Notes: generated by a model from the sequence alone, not told the origin. DNA of 64,000 bases from Nitrososphaerota archaeon (GCA_023379805.1 JAMCPI010000012.1:95777-159776), one strand, 5' to 3'. Numbered from the stretch's first letter, positions 28,235 through 38,352 are shown. A program made the numbers and translations.

Positions 28235-29986
28235 ATGAACGCCATATCTACTCGTCTAAAGAGACGTTTTAGTAGCGTCTCTAAGAGAGAGCTTCTGCTT
28301 GTATTGGGTTTGATTTGTCTGCTTCTAGTCGCTGCCTTCTCTAATAGCAGCGGTGCTCCTGTTGCGGCCGGCTCCTTTTTTTCTGCGTATGGTTTGCAGA
28401 CGTACACCTTGACTTTTCAGGGTTACGACTACAACAATAAGGGGGAGGTGTCTGTGCTGGTCAACAACCAGGTTGTAGCTACGCTGCCCACAAGCTATGC
28501 TTCACAGAACGCCAAGACCTTCGTCAGCTTCACACTCGACATCTCAAACTACATAGTATCATCAGGAAGCAACACCATCACATTCCGCCAGAACCAGTAC
28601 TCCTCAGGAGTACAAAACGTAAAAGTCACAGGACCAAACGGAGTACTATTGAGCGACAGCACCTATCGCAGCATGCGGGTAGGCGGTACAGTCTCAGTCA
28701 CTTACAAGTTCAATACTGGCACAACAACCACGACCAGCTCGTCAAGCGGTACCTATACCCTAGCATTCCAGGGCTATGACTATGATAACAAGGGTGAAGT
28801 CTCTATACTTGTGAATAATCAGGTAGCAGCTACTCTACCTACAGTAGAGTCATCTCAAAATAACAATCTGTGGAAGAGCTTCTCACTAGACATATCCAAA
28901 TACGTAGTATCGGGGAGCAACACTATAGTGTTCAAGCAGAACATGTATTCGTCAGGATTACAGAGCGTTAAGGTAACTGGACCAAATGGAGTACTGTTGA
29001 GTGATAACACCTATCATAGCGTAAGGATAGGCGGTACAGTCTCTGTTACGTATAAATTTAGTACTACAACGACTAGCACTACTACAACTTCTACGACACA
29101 GGCCGGGTTTAGGTTTGTCGTCTTGGGCGATAGCCGTAGCAGTGATTCGACTTCGCAGGTGAATACGAAAGTCTTGTCCTCACTCACAAACGTGGCTAAC
29201 GGGCTTAATCCAGCGTTCGCGATATTTAACGGAGACCTCTGTTACAGCTTTACCAGCGGCAGCGACTGTCCAACAATTTGGAAGAACGCTGTGAACCAAA
29301 ATCTGCTTTCCAAGACTGTGTTAGTGCAGGGCAACCGTGATACGGGTTACAACACTAAATGGCAGAGTGCGTTTAAAATGGCCTCGATAATAACGTCATT
29401 CGGTGGAACAGGTTACTCATTCCGCTCAGGGCAGGACAGCATTGATTATTCATTCAATTACAAGAACAGCCATTTCGTCGGAATTGCCGTTTTGAACGGT
29501 GTCAGTTCCAGCAGTCCTAGCTATGACCAGCTAACTTGGCTTGACGCCGACCTTACAAAAGCCGAGAATACAGGATGCGGAGGTCACGGGTGTGCTCTCA
29601 CGTTCATAGCGTTTCACAGTCCTCTCTACTGCGTTTCACCTGATAGCAGCGTCTGTTCTCAGATACAGACCCCCCCATCTAAATGGACAACGATACTCAA
29701 TGCTCATTCATCCGTTGTTGCGGTCTTTAACGCCCATGATCATGTTATCTCATATGTTCACATTAGTAGCAACGAGATAAATGGTGTAAGCTCTAATCAC
29801 GAGTACGAGCAATTCATATCTGGTGCTTCTGGTGCGCCTCCCGCAAGCTGTGGATCTCGATCAGACTGGTGTACCGACGGCAACTTTGGATTCATAACTG
29901 TAAACGTTAGTGGCTCAACAGCTAAGGTTCGCGCATACAATATGTACGGAACATCTCTTCACTCCGAGTGGAGCTTCAGCAGATGA
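28235..29986 (+). CDS. Secreted protein with two tandem beta-sandwich repeats, Thr linkers and a calcineurin-like metallophosphoesterase domain
   Basis: Signal peptide; two copies of YTLxFQGYDYxNKGEVSxLVNNQV; GDSR, NGD, GNRD, FHSP and AHDH phosphoesterase motifs. Confidence 0.8.
   Translation: MNAISTRLKRRFSSVSKRELLLVLGLICLLLVAAFSNSSGAPVAAGSFFSAYGLQTYTLTFQGYDYNNKGEVSVLVNNQVVATLPTSYASQNAKTFVSFTLDISNYIVSSGSNTITFRQNQYSSGVQNVKVTGPNGVLLSDSTYRSMRVGGTVSVTYKFNTGTTTTTSSSSGTYTLAFQGYDYDNKGEVSILVNNQVAATLPTVESSQNNNLWKSFSLDISKYVVSGSNTIVFKQNMYSSGLQSVKVTGPNGVLLSDNTYHSVRIGGTVSVTYKFSTTTTSTTTTSTTQAGFRFVVLGDSRSSDSTSQVNTKVLSSLTNVANGLNPAFAIFNGDLCYSFTSGSDCPTIWKNAVNQNLLSKTVLVQGNRDTGYNTKWQSAFKMASIITSFGGTGYSFRSGQDSIDYSFNYKNSHFVGIAVLNGVSSSSPSYDQLTWLDADLTKAENTGCGGHGCALTFIAFHSPLYCVSPDSSVCSQIQTPPSKWTTILNAHSSVVAVFNAHDHVISYVHISSNEINGVSSNHEYEQFISGASGAPPASCGSRSDWCTDGNFGFITVNVSGSTAKVRAYNMYGTSLHSEWSFSR
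28400..29060 (+). repeat. Intragenic tandem duplication of a ~105-aa module (approx. 28400-28715 and 28750-29060)
   Basis: Protein and DNA similarity between the two modules; boundaries are approximate. Confidence 0.85.
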
Positions 29987-30133
29987 AGCTCCAACACCAC
30001 ACCGCCCAGCAGCACATTCACCTTATTCTTCCACGAATATGGCTACAACAATAGCTGCGAGGTATCGACGCTTGTGAACAACCAACCCGTAGCGTTCAGA
30101 GGAGCGCTAAGCTTTATATTTGTAAGGTTTTAG
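29987..30133 (+). pseudogene. Degenerate third copy of the repeat module, in frame directly after the UGA stop
   Basis: Reads SSNTTPPSSTFTLFFHEYGYNNSCEVSTLVNNQPVA..., compared with TYTLTFQGYDYNNKGEVSVLVNNQVVA in repeat 1. Confidence 0.65.
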
Positions 30134-30144
30134 CCTTAGCTGGA

Positions 30145-32244
30145 TTGACAGCTGCAAACCTGCCTATCTTCGAGTTATTAGCACCTGCCGCAGGTGCCTT
30201 CGCTCTCCTGTTCGCACTTTATTTGGCGTATTACGTTAACCGTTTCGAAATCGGAACGGAGAAGATGAAGGACATCTACTCCGCGATTCGAGAAGGCGCC
30301 AAAGCCTATCTCAAACGGCAATACAAGACAATCAGCATAATCTCTGCTGTATTGGCGATTGTACTGTACTTGGCCTTCGATTTGCAGGGTCACCAAGGCC
30401 GACCCCTTGTTTCAGTATCCTTCCTAATCGGCGCTGTCTTTTCACTCGCAGCCGGCTATGTAGGTATGGATGTTGCGACTCGGGCAAACGCTAGAGCCGC
30501 TTACGCCGCGGGAAAAAACATCGACACATCCCTCAAGATCAGCTACTACGCCGGTCTAGTTATGGGTCTCTTCAACGTTGGACTCAGCCTACTAGCTGTT
30601 ACCGGACTCTACTACCTATACGGCGAACCTGAACTGATAGTCGGCTTAGGGTTCGGAGCCAGCCTCGCAGCCCTGTTCGCGCAGCTCGGCGGCGGCATCT
30701 TCACCAAAGCCGCTGATGTCGGTGCGGACATTGTCGGTAAGGTTGAAGCAGGTATCCCTGAGGACGATCCTCGCAACCCCGCTGTAATTGCTGATAACGT
30801 CGGTGACAACGTCGGCGATGTTGCAGGCAGAGGCGCAGACTTGTTCGAGTCAATGACTGCTGAAAACATCGGTGCGATGATTGTCGGTGTCGGACTGTAC
30901 GCTGTGACTCAAAACTTCTTCTTCGTAATCTTTCCTCTACTAGCCAGATCAGTCGGCATCTTCGGCACCATCATCGGTTTACCTTTCGTCCGCGCGCGAA
31001 ACTGGAAAGACCCGATGATCCCGATGCGAAACGGAATGATAGCGACCACAATCATCATCGTTGTTGGACTCTACTTCCTTGTAAGCAGCACAATTCTAAG
31101 CATGAATCTCTACTACGCAGCCGTCACAGGAGTCATTGCCAGCCTCCTGATGTTCCTAGTCACAGAGTACTACACATCACACCGCTACCGCCCAGTAAAG
31201 GAGATATCACAGGCCTCCACCACCGGGTCAGCGGTCAACATCATCACCGGACTATCCGTAGCTTTAGAGAGCACGGCTCTGCCTGTCCTAATCATTGTTG
31301 GCGCTCTTATGCTTGGCTTCCACTTCGGAGGCTTATTCGCTGCAGAAACCAACATAGACTACTCGGTTGGCGGAGTCTACGGCACCGCAGTAGCAACGAT
31401 GGGTATGCTATCTGTCGCCGGTATGATACTTGGCATGGATGGCTTTGGTCCAATCGTTGACAACGCTGCTGGAATTGCCGAGATGTCTGGTGCACCTAAG
31501 GAGCTCAGAGACAAAATTGACATATTCGACGCAGCAGGAAACACCACCAAGGCGTTGACCAAGGGTTACGCCCTAGGCTCAGCCGGACTAGCTGCACTAC
31601 TTCTATTCCAAGCATATCTCGCTGAATACGCTAGAGACGTAGGTATCAAGGCGTCAGAGGTTATCGTGGACTTGGTGAGGCCGGAGGTTATCGCGGCAAT
31701 CTTCATCGGAGGGTTGCTCCCATTCATCTTCTCAGCCTTCGCGATCCGAGCTGTCGGCAAAGCTGCGTTCAACGTCGTGGAGGAAGTGCGGCGCCAGTTC
31801 AAAGAGATACCAGGACTTATGGAGGGAACAGCTCGACCAGACTACTCGCGATGCGTCGACATCAGTACCCTCGCAGCGCAAAGGGAGATGATTATCCCAG
31901 CGTTGATGCCTGTTGTAGTTCCACTGGTCGTCGGGTTCCTGCTCGGGCCACTGGCTGTCGGAGCATTCTTGATCAGCGCAACCGTCAGCGGAACACTACT
32001 TGCATTCATGATGAACAACGGCGGAGGAGCTTGGGACAACGCGAAGAAGTTCGTCGAGACCGGTATGTTCGGCGGCAAAGGCTCTGAAGCCCACAAAGCA
32101 GCTGTAGTAGGTGACACAGTCGGCGACCCATTGAAGGACACAGCAGGGCCATCGCTTCACGTGCTGGTGAAGCTAATCAACACCGTCTCACTAACATTCG
32201 CACTAATGTTCGTCCTCTACAACCTACATCTCTTCGCCCGCTAA
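30145..32244 (+). CDS. hppA: Membrane H+-translocating pyrophosphatase, K+-independent type
   Basis: GGGIFTKAADVGADIVGKVE, DNVGDNVGD, GNTTKA (Lys determinant), GDTVGDPLKDTAGP. Confidence 0.96.
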   Translation: MTAANLPIFELLAPAAGAFALLFALYLAYYVNRFEIGTEKMKDIYSAIREGAKAYLKRQYKTISIISAVLAIVLYLAFDLQGHQGRPLVSVSFLIGAVFSLAAGYVGMDVATRANARAAYAAGKNIDTSLKISYYAGLVMGLFNVGLSLLAVTGLYYLYGEPELIVGLGFGASLAALFAQLGGGIFTKAADVGADIVGKVEAGIPEDDPRNPAVIADNVGDNVGDVAGRGADLFESMTAENIGAMIVGVGLYAVTQNFFFVIFPLLARSVGIFGTIIGLPFVRARNWKDPMIPMRNGMIATTIIIVVGLYFLVSSTILSMNLYYAAVTGVIASLLMFLVTEYYTSHRYRPVKEISQASTTGSAVNIITGLSVALESTALPVLIIVGALMLGFHFGGLFAAETNIDYSVGGVYGTAVATMGMLSVAGMILGMDGFGPIVDNAAGIAEMSGAPKELRDKIDIFDAAGNTTKALTKGYALGSAGLAALLLFQAYLAEYARDVGIKASEVIVDLVRPEVIAAIFIGGLLPFIFSAFAIRAVGKAAFNVVEEVRRQFKEIPGLMEGTARPDYSRCVDISTLAAQREMIIPALMPVVVPLVVGFLLGPLAVGAFLISATVSGTLLAFMMNNGGGAWDNAKKFVETGMFGGKGSEAHKAAVVGDTVGDPLKDTAGPSLHVLVKLINTVSLTFALMFVLYNLHLFAR

Positions 32245-32283
32245 ACCTGCCGGAACGAAGATTGGGTCAATATACCCGATGGG

Positions 32284-32706
32284 CTAAGGAATGTAGCTGT
32301 AGCCAATGGCCTCTAGGTACTCTAGCCGTCTCATCTGCAGTCCGAGGCGGGTCATGTACTCTAGATTAGCGTGAAATGTGTGAGCGAAGCCTGTGATGGT
32401 TTTGCCGCCGATGTTCTTGAAGCTGGCATCCATCAACTCGTATGCTGCTTCTCCACTCTCCATCGTTTTTCGCACGACGAAGAATATCTGGAATGAAGAG
32501 AAGTCAGGACGCCCAAGTATCTGCTTTAACGTAACTTCCTTCCCAGACTCCTCGGCGTCGAAGAAAACACTCGTAGCCGGGTTGAACCATCGTTTAACGG
32601 CTTCTCTGCGATACTTCAAGCCTAAGTACTTCCGCTCAATATCCGCCAGGTACTTGTTGCTCTCAACAATTTTGTCAGGCAACTCCGACATCTTCAGGTA
32701 CTCCAT
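32284..32706 (-). CDS. Hypothetical protein
   Basis: 140-aa ORF filling the gap, with protein-like composition. Confidence 0.6.
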   Translation of the reverse strand: MEYLKMSELPDKIVESNKYLADIERKYLGLKYRREAVKRWFNPATSVFFDAEESGKEVTLKQILGRPDFSSFQIFFVVRKTMESGEAAYELMDASFKNIGGKTITGFAHTFHANLEYMTRLGLQMRRLEYLEAIGYSYIP

Positions 32707-32805
32707 CTTTACCTTACACGATTAGCAGTTAAAACTATGCTTAGTCAACCGAAGAATTATTAAAATGTATTAAACGTACTTGATCGCGGAGAACGGCAAG
32801 CAAGT

Positions 32806-32880
32806 GGAGAGGTGGCGGAACGGTTACGCGTTCGCCTGCAGAGCGAATATACGTGGGTTCAACTCCCACCCTCTCCTCCA
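32806..32880 (+). tRNA. tRNA-Cys(GCA), intronless, CCA encoded
   Basis: GGAGAGG/CCTCTCC acceptor stem, TTCGC-CTGCAGA-GCGAA anticodon arm, GTGGG-TTCAACT-CCCAC T arm, U73 discriminator then CCA. Confidence 0.95.
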
Positions 32881-33003
32881 CACGACGCATAAGTGCTTTC
32901 TTCACAACATTGGGTAGTTGTTGAGAATTCTATGTGATTTATTGGTCGTATGGAGACCGTCTTACCCGTCTTTATATCTTGCCACTGTAAAATCGCAACG
33001 AAA

Positions 33004-35127
33004 ATGTTATCCGTAAAATATAGAATAAGCATCTTCGCACTGTTAACAATACTCGCGCTAGGCACATTCGCACCGACACTCGCACTCGCAGCACCTCTCG
33101 CCAACAACGGCAAAGACTGGGAATACGTAAACGGTAACTCTTGGGGCTGGAATTACAGTCCACAAACACAGATAAACAAGGATAATGTAAAGAATCTTGA
33201 AGTGAAATGGATCTTCCCTGTTGGAAGCAAGACACTTGCACCAGCAGCAATGCAAACGGTCGCTTTGACAGAGGGTGCACAAACACCACCAATTGTCAGA
33301 AACGGCATAGTCTACATCACAACCAACTTCCTCAAGACCTATGCCATAGACGGCAAGACCGGTAAACAGGTCTGGACATACGACTATACCTTCGATCCCA
33401 ATGCCACTGCTAGTAAGCTACCTTGGGTCTTCGGTATGCTCGGCTCACACCTGCACGGCTTCAGGTACTGGGAAGGCGGAAACGCACTGCTATTCAACGG
33501 AATGGCATGTGATGTTTATGCAGTAGACGCCTCGACCGGTAAGGAAGCATTCAGAATCCAGGATCTGTGCAAAGATGTTCCCGGAAACCTCTACAAGTAT
33601 AGACCAACACCAACAGATACATCGTCTATAGGAACATATGAGAAAGGCAAGCTGTTCATCACAGTCCTTCCAGGCATGATACACTCTAATATCTGGTATG
33701 GAGACGCACGCCACGTCACAATGGGTATCAACATGGATACCAAGCAAGTTGTGTGGAGAGTATTCAGCTTCCCACCGCACGGAGTACCTGCTAAAGACTG
33801 GGCTACTCAGGAATGCGACATTGGATACTTCGAATCTATTCCATGCAAAGACGTAGCGGCCAAGAACCCGAAGGGACTTGAATGGGACTGGGCAATGCCT
33901 GGTCAAGCACCAAGCCCCTACGGTGGTGTCACAGCTAACTGGGGCCAGCAAATAGTTGATGAAGATACAGGCATCATGTACACCAACACAGGTAACCAAG
34001 GACCTTTCACAAACCTCTCCCTAACACCTGGACCACGTCTATACGGCTCAACCATTATGGCTATTGACCTAACTCAGGGCAAGCGCATATGGTGGATGCA
34101 ACCATTCCCGCATGATCCGTATGACTATGACTGCAACTGGGGTGGAATACTAGCTGAAGTCAAGGGTCTGGGCAAGGTCTACATGAAGGGATGTAAGGAA
34201 GGCTTTCTTAACATCCTTGACGCAAGGACTGGTAAACCAATACAAAGGATAGACGTGACACAAGAACAGATGGCGCTCGGACAAGTAACTCAAGCAGCTG
34301 CTACAGAACCATATCAGGGCAAGGGCGGTGTCAGATACCACCTAACAGATCCAATGAGTGAATATGATCTCAGGGAATGGGGCTGGCCTGACAACGGCAA
34401 ATACGCTCCTTCACCATCAATACTCTACCCATCATATCTCAACGGAGTCTTCGCAACAGATCTATCATACGATCCTGACTCACAAACAGTAATCCACTAC
34501 GCAAACGCACTGATGATTGGATACAGGTCGCTTCCCATAGAAGTAGGAAAGAGCAACGTGGGTCCAGGACCTAAAGGAATGGCTGAGACTGCAAACACCA
34601 CTATTATTGCTCGTGACGTAGCTACCGGCAAAATCAAGTGGTCATGGTTCTACAAGACAAGTGCACAAAGAGCAGCTATAGTTGTAACCGGAGGAATGGT
34701 GTTCAGCGGCTTCACTGACGGAACAGTAAAGTTCCTAGACAAAGACAAGGGAACACTGCTAAACACCGTCAACGTAGGCTCAGGAGTAGTAGTAGCTCCA
34801 ACAATAGGTGCTGACTCTGACGGCAACCAGAAGATATTCCTCATAGCAGGGTCAACTAGCATCGTGGGCGCATTCGCAGGCCCAGGCTTCAACAACCTAG
34901 GCGCAATGGTACCAGGCACACTAGTAGCAGTAGGACTTAGCGAGAAGTCTACAGGCGGAGCAGTCACACAACCCACTACATCAACCACTACAACAACCAC
35001 CACAACAACCTCGATCCGCACCGTGGAAGTCTCATCAGGACTACCTGCAGAAGTAACCTACGCAGCAGTCGGAGTAGCAGTAATAGCAATCATCGGCGCA
35101 GCAGTACTCGTAATGCGGAAGAAGTAG
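33004..35127 (+). CDS. Exported, C-terminally anchored PQQ-dependent dehydrogenase-like beta-propeller protein
   Basis: Signal peptide from ATG 33004, YSPQTQINKDNVKNLEVKW, QTPPIV, AIDGKTGKQVW, TGNQGP, PHDPYDYD, Thr linker and TM anchor. Confidence 0.88.
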   Translation: MLSVKYRISIFALLTILALGTFAPTLALAAPLANNGKDWEYVNGNSWGWNYSPQTQINKDNVKNLEVKWIFPVGSKTLAPAAMQTVALTEGAQTPPIVRNGIVYITTNFLKTYAIDGKTGKQVWTYDYTFDPNATASKLPWVFGMLGSHLHGFRYWEGGNALLFNGMACDVYAVDASTGKEAFRIQDLCKDVPGNLYKYRPTPTDTSSIGTYEKGKLFITVLPGMIHSNIWYGDARHVTMGINMDTKQVVWRVFSFPPHGVPAKDWATQECDIGYFESIPCKDVAAKNPKGLEWDWAMPGQAPSPYGGVTANWGQQIVDEDTGIMYTNTGNQGPFTNLSLTPGPRLYGSTIMAIDLTQGKRIWWMQPFPHDPYDYDCNWGGILAEVKGLGKVYMKGCKEGFLNILDARTGKPIQRIDVTQEQMALGQVTQAAATEPYQGKGGVRYHLTDPMSEYDLREWGWPDNGKYAPSPSILYPSYLNGVFATDLSYDPDSQTVIHYANALMIGYRSLPIEVGKSNVGPGPKGMAETANTTIIARDVATGKIKWSWFYKTSAQRAAIVVTGGMVFSGFTDGTVKFLDKDKGTLLNTVNVGSGVVVAPTIGADSDGNQKIFLIAGSTSIVGAFAGPGFNNLGAMVPGTLVAVGLSEKSTGGAVTQPTTSTTTTTTTTTSIRTVEVSSGLPAEVTYAAVGVAVIAIIGAAVLVMRKK

Positions 35128-35137
35128 AAGAGGACTC

Positions 35138-35171
35138 GGCGACCAATGTGGTCGCCAACCACCCTTTTTTT
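35138..35171 (+). terminator. Hairpin plus T7 terminator after the PQQ dehydrogenase
   Basis: GGCGACCA-ATG-TGGTCGCC followed by CCCTTTTTTT. Confidence 0.75.
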
Positions 35172-35209
35172 GAAGGGAAATTACGCTCCACGGCTCAAAA
35201 TACCGTGTA

Positions 35210-35285
35210 GGTGGGATTGTGGCGGCTCAGGGTGACAAGCTGGTCATTTTTTCCCCACGGGTGCAGGAGCCACATGCCTGCACCC
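35210..35285. ncRNA. Unidentified structured element, copy 2
   Basis: Homologous to 25931-26004, with a GGGTGCAGG/CCTGCACCC stem around the identical AGCCACATG loop. Confidence 0.65.
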
Positions 35286-35629
35286 AAATTCCCAACTACC
35301 CCTCAGTTATTCATTTCACTGAATTGACTGCTTATTCTTGGTTCTTATCTCGTAAGTTAGTGACAGAACACTTGGGAACTGTTGTAAGGTTAGTGGATAA
35401 CTGATATCAGATCTGAGTCTAAACTGGAAAGAGTATAACTGCAGTCGAGGCGTTTTTCAGGTTTTTACTTTCCTAAAATAGGCATGATTCATCCATAAAT
35501 TACGCGAACAATACATGGATAATTGGTCTATTGTGTTGATACTCTCTGTTCTGCTGGAAATAGATAATTTTGCTATATTTTCATGCTTCATAAATACAGT
35601 TTTTCAAATAGACTGCTCCCGTATGCACC

Positions 35630-37570
35630 TTGGACTTCCCATCATTCAAAGGCAATCACCTTAGTGTCCAGACGATATCGTTGTTAATTATTATCGTGGG
35701 GTCGATTTTCTCAGGAAATATCCTCACGGCCGCATCAGTGCAACCCGCCTCGGATAATGCAGGTCCCAAAAGTTTTGTCCGCGCGTCTCAGGTTGAGGGC
35801 GGCGATGCAAAGATAGGTTCACAAATTAAGAACCACTTGAAGAGCGGTGCTCTGGATAATATCTCGGTTGTAATGAATCTTAGAGGCGAGTATGCTCACT
35901 TGTCCAGCGTCTTGAAGCGGCTTGGTTTTACGGTTGAGCGCGCTCAGGGAACTACTGTTCAGGGACATGTTAAAGCCAATGACTTGGCGCGACTAGCCTC
36001 TTTGAGATTCGTTGACTCTATTCGTGAGCCTGCTAAACCGATTTTCGCCAGCGTCGAAAGTGAAGGAGTCGATGTATTAAAGGCCAACATAGCTCACAGT
36101 ATAGGTCAAACCGGAAAAGGTGTGAAGGTCGCAGTGATCGACGGCGGCTTCGACGTTAACAACCCCAAGATCGCATCGAAAATTGTGGAAGCAAAGTCAT
36201 TCATAAACGGTAAAGATGTGTCCGGTGACTATTCTCACCACGGTACCGCCTGCGCCGAAATAGTTGTGGATGTTGCTCCAGATGTCCAGCTCTACCTTTA
36301 CGCTGTTCGCACTGATTTAGACTTTGTCGCCGCAGTTAACCGCGCAGTAAGCAAGCACGTCAATATCATCTCCACCTCTCTTAGCTTCGCAAACCTTGGC
36401 CCATACGATGGAAGCAGCGACACGTCAAAGGCCTTGGAAAACGCCAGAAAAGCAGGAGTCCTACCGATCGTAGCGGCAAGCAACATGGCTCAGGTACATT
36501 GGAGCGGCACCTTCCAAGACCCCGACTCAAATAACTGGGTGAACTTCGACGGCACAGACGAGACTAACACCTTCCACCTAGACCAAAACAACAAGGTAAC
36601 CGTTTACCTAAGCTGGAACAGATGGTGGCAAACTAATCAAGACTACGACCTATACCTGTACCGAGCAGTTGACGGTAACCTCACCGAAGTATCCAGATCC
36701 ACCAACCGGCAAAACGGTAACTACTGGCCAACAGAAGAGGTCGACTACACCGCTACTGTAAGCGGGCAATACGCTATCAAGATAATTAAAGTGAACGCAG
36801 ACGGCAAAGCCAAATTCGACATGTTCGCCTACGGAGCATCACCGCTAAAGTATCGTAACGAAACAGGAAGTCTAATGAACATCGCCGACGCTAAAGGCGC
36901 AATATCTGTTGGTGCCCTATACTGGAAGACCAATGCGTTGGAACCCTTCAGCTCAAGAGGCCCCACGGCGGATGGGCGGATTAAACCCGACATTATGGGC
37001 CCAGACGGCGTCACAACAACCGGATACACCCCGTTCTTCGGCACCTCAGCAGCTGCTCCACACATTGCTGGACTAGCTGCTTTGATAGCTGGCTCCAACC
37101 CTTCATTGACTGCGGATGAGATTGAAGCAATTCTGGAGAATACAACCACGCATCTAGGTGCAGCTGGGAAAAACGGTGTGTACGGCTATGGTCAAGCTGG
37201 AGCAAGATACGTAACCTTAGATGTCTCACCCAGAACTGTTCCACTGATAGTTGATGGTAACGAACTGTCCCCAACACTACTCCCAAGAAAAATACTTGTA
37301 GACGGAATGCCTCGCAACGTATCCCTACCAATAACTTCAACAGGAACGAACAATACCCGTTACATCTTCAAACAGTGGAGTAGCGGAAACAAATCTCAAA
37401 CAATAACGCTTCGCTTCGACGGGAGAAGGCTGAACGAAACAGCCCAGTTCGCAGCAGAAAATAATAACGAAAACTCAACAAAGGGTGCACCACAGGGAAT
37501 CTGGTACAACCCGAATACGGGTACCTCTCTCTCAAGCTTGCCTACAACCAATAATCAGGACGGCACGTAG
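35630..37570 (+). CDS. Secreted S8 subtilisin-like serine protease with an inserted PPC-like domain
   Basis: VAVIDGG (Asp), HGTACA (His), FFGTSAAAPH (Ser), FSSRGPTADGRIKPDI. Confidence 0.92.
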   Translation: MDFPSFKGNHLSVQTISLLIIIVGSIFSGNILTAASVQPASDNAGPKSFVRASQVEGGDAKIGSQIKNHLKSGALDNISVVMNLRGEYAHLSSVLKRLGFTVERAQGTTVQGHVKANDLARLASLRFVDSIREPAKPIFASVESEGVDVLKANIAHSIGQTGKGVKVAVIDGGFDVNNPKIASKIVEAKSFINGKDVSGDYSHHGTACAEIVVDVAPDVQLYLYAVRTDLDFVAAVNRAVSKHVNIISTSLSFANLGPYDGSSDTSKALENARKAGVLPIVAASNMAQVHWSGTFQDPDSNNWVNFDGTDETNTFHLDQNNKVTVYLSWNRWWQTNQDYDLYLYRAVDGNLTEVSRSTNRQNGNYWPTEEVDYTATVSGQYAIKIIKVNADGKAKFDMFAYGASPLKYRNETGSLMNIADAKGAISVGALYWKTNALEPFSSRGPTADGRIKPDIMGPDGVTTTGYTPFFGTSAAAPHIAGLAALIAGSNPSLTADEIEAILENTTTHLGAAGKNGVYGYGQAGARYVTLDVSPRTVPLIVDGNELSPTLLPRKILVDGMPRNVSLPITSTGTNNTRYIFKQWSSGNKSQTITLRFDGRRLNETAQFAAENNNENSTKGAPQGIWYNPNTGTSLSSLPTTNNQDGT

Positions 37571-37683
37571 CAAACCGCTCCCCCCTCTCTTTACGCTGCC
37601 ATCTACACGATGTGGGTGACCGTAGGGTTCCATCCTCTTGGAACTGTTGATAAGGTTCACTCACGATACAAGGCCGGTCTAGA

Positions 37684-38253
37684 ATGGGAGATAAGCAGCG
37701 GCTTGACGAGAGCAGAAGCAGAGCGATTAAAGCTCCTTTTACATTCGCCTATGTAGAGAAGCAGCTGCGTAGAAAGAATTACGGGGTGCTTAGCACTGTT
37801 ACTCCCAAGGGGCGAGCTCACTCTGCAGGCGTAGCCTACGGGGTATCCCCACCGGGCTCACCTCTCCGCCTCTACCTAATATCTAGACCAAGCTTGAAAA
37901 AGCCAAGAAACATCAAGACGAACCCAAATGTCTCCTTCACAGTGCCTTTCCCGCACTACCTTCTAAGGATGGTACCACCGTCTAGCATCAAGTTCCAAGG
38001 AACTGCGGAAATTCTATCAATTAACGATCCAGAGGCCAGACAAGTGTTTAACAGTTCACTAGTGCTGAGACGTAGCTTGAAGTATGACCTAAAAATCGGT
38101 GAATCCATCTTCATAAGAATAGTGCCTGCAAAAAAGATATTCTCTTGGGGCCTAGGGGCAAGCATATGCCAGCTACTGAGAAATCCGCCACCCACCTATT
38201 ACGTGGATTTTCCCAGTGATCCTCGAGAGAACGAAAATCCCGAACACCCGTAA
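37684..38253 (+). CDS. Pyridoxamine 5'-phosphate oxidase-like (split-barrel flavin/F420-binding) protein
   Basis: GVLSTVTPKGRAH and K.RNIKTNPNVS motifs. Confidence 0.75.
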   Translation: MGDKQRLDESRSRAIKAPFTFAYVEKQLRRKNYGVLSTVTPKGRAHSAGVAYGVSPPGSPLRLYLISRPSLKKPRNIKTNPNVSFTVPFPHYLLRMVPPSSIKFQGTAEILSINDPEARQVFNSSLVLRRSLKYDLKIGESIFIRIVPAKKIFSWGLGASICQLLRNPPPTYYVDFPSDPRENENPEHP

Positions 38254-38352
38254 ATAACAAACCGCGCAACCAATCCAACCCTGTAAAGAACCATTAGACG
38301 AGAAAGAGTAATAATAGATAGTAGATCTACGTTTGCTGTTGATACGCTGTCT

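Noticed and set aside
35210..35285. Repeated element as a tRNA fragment/att site or a known ribozyme (HDV, twister, pistol, hammerhead)
   Set aside because: It shares only GTGGG/CCCAC with the tRNA-Cys T-stem and has no T-loop or anticodon arm. Strand order and catalytic consensus of those ribozymes did not fit by eye; an Rfam search is still needed.
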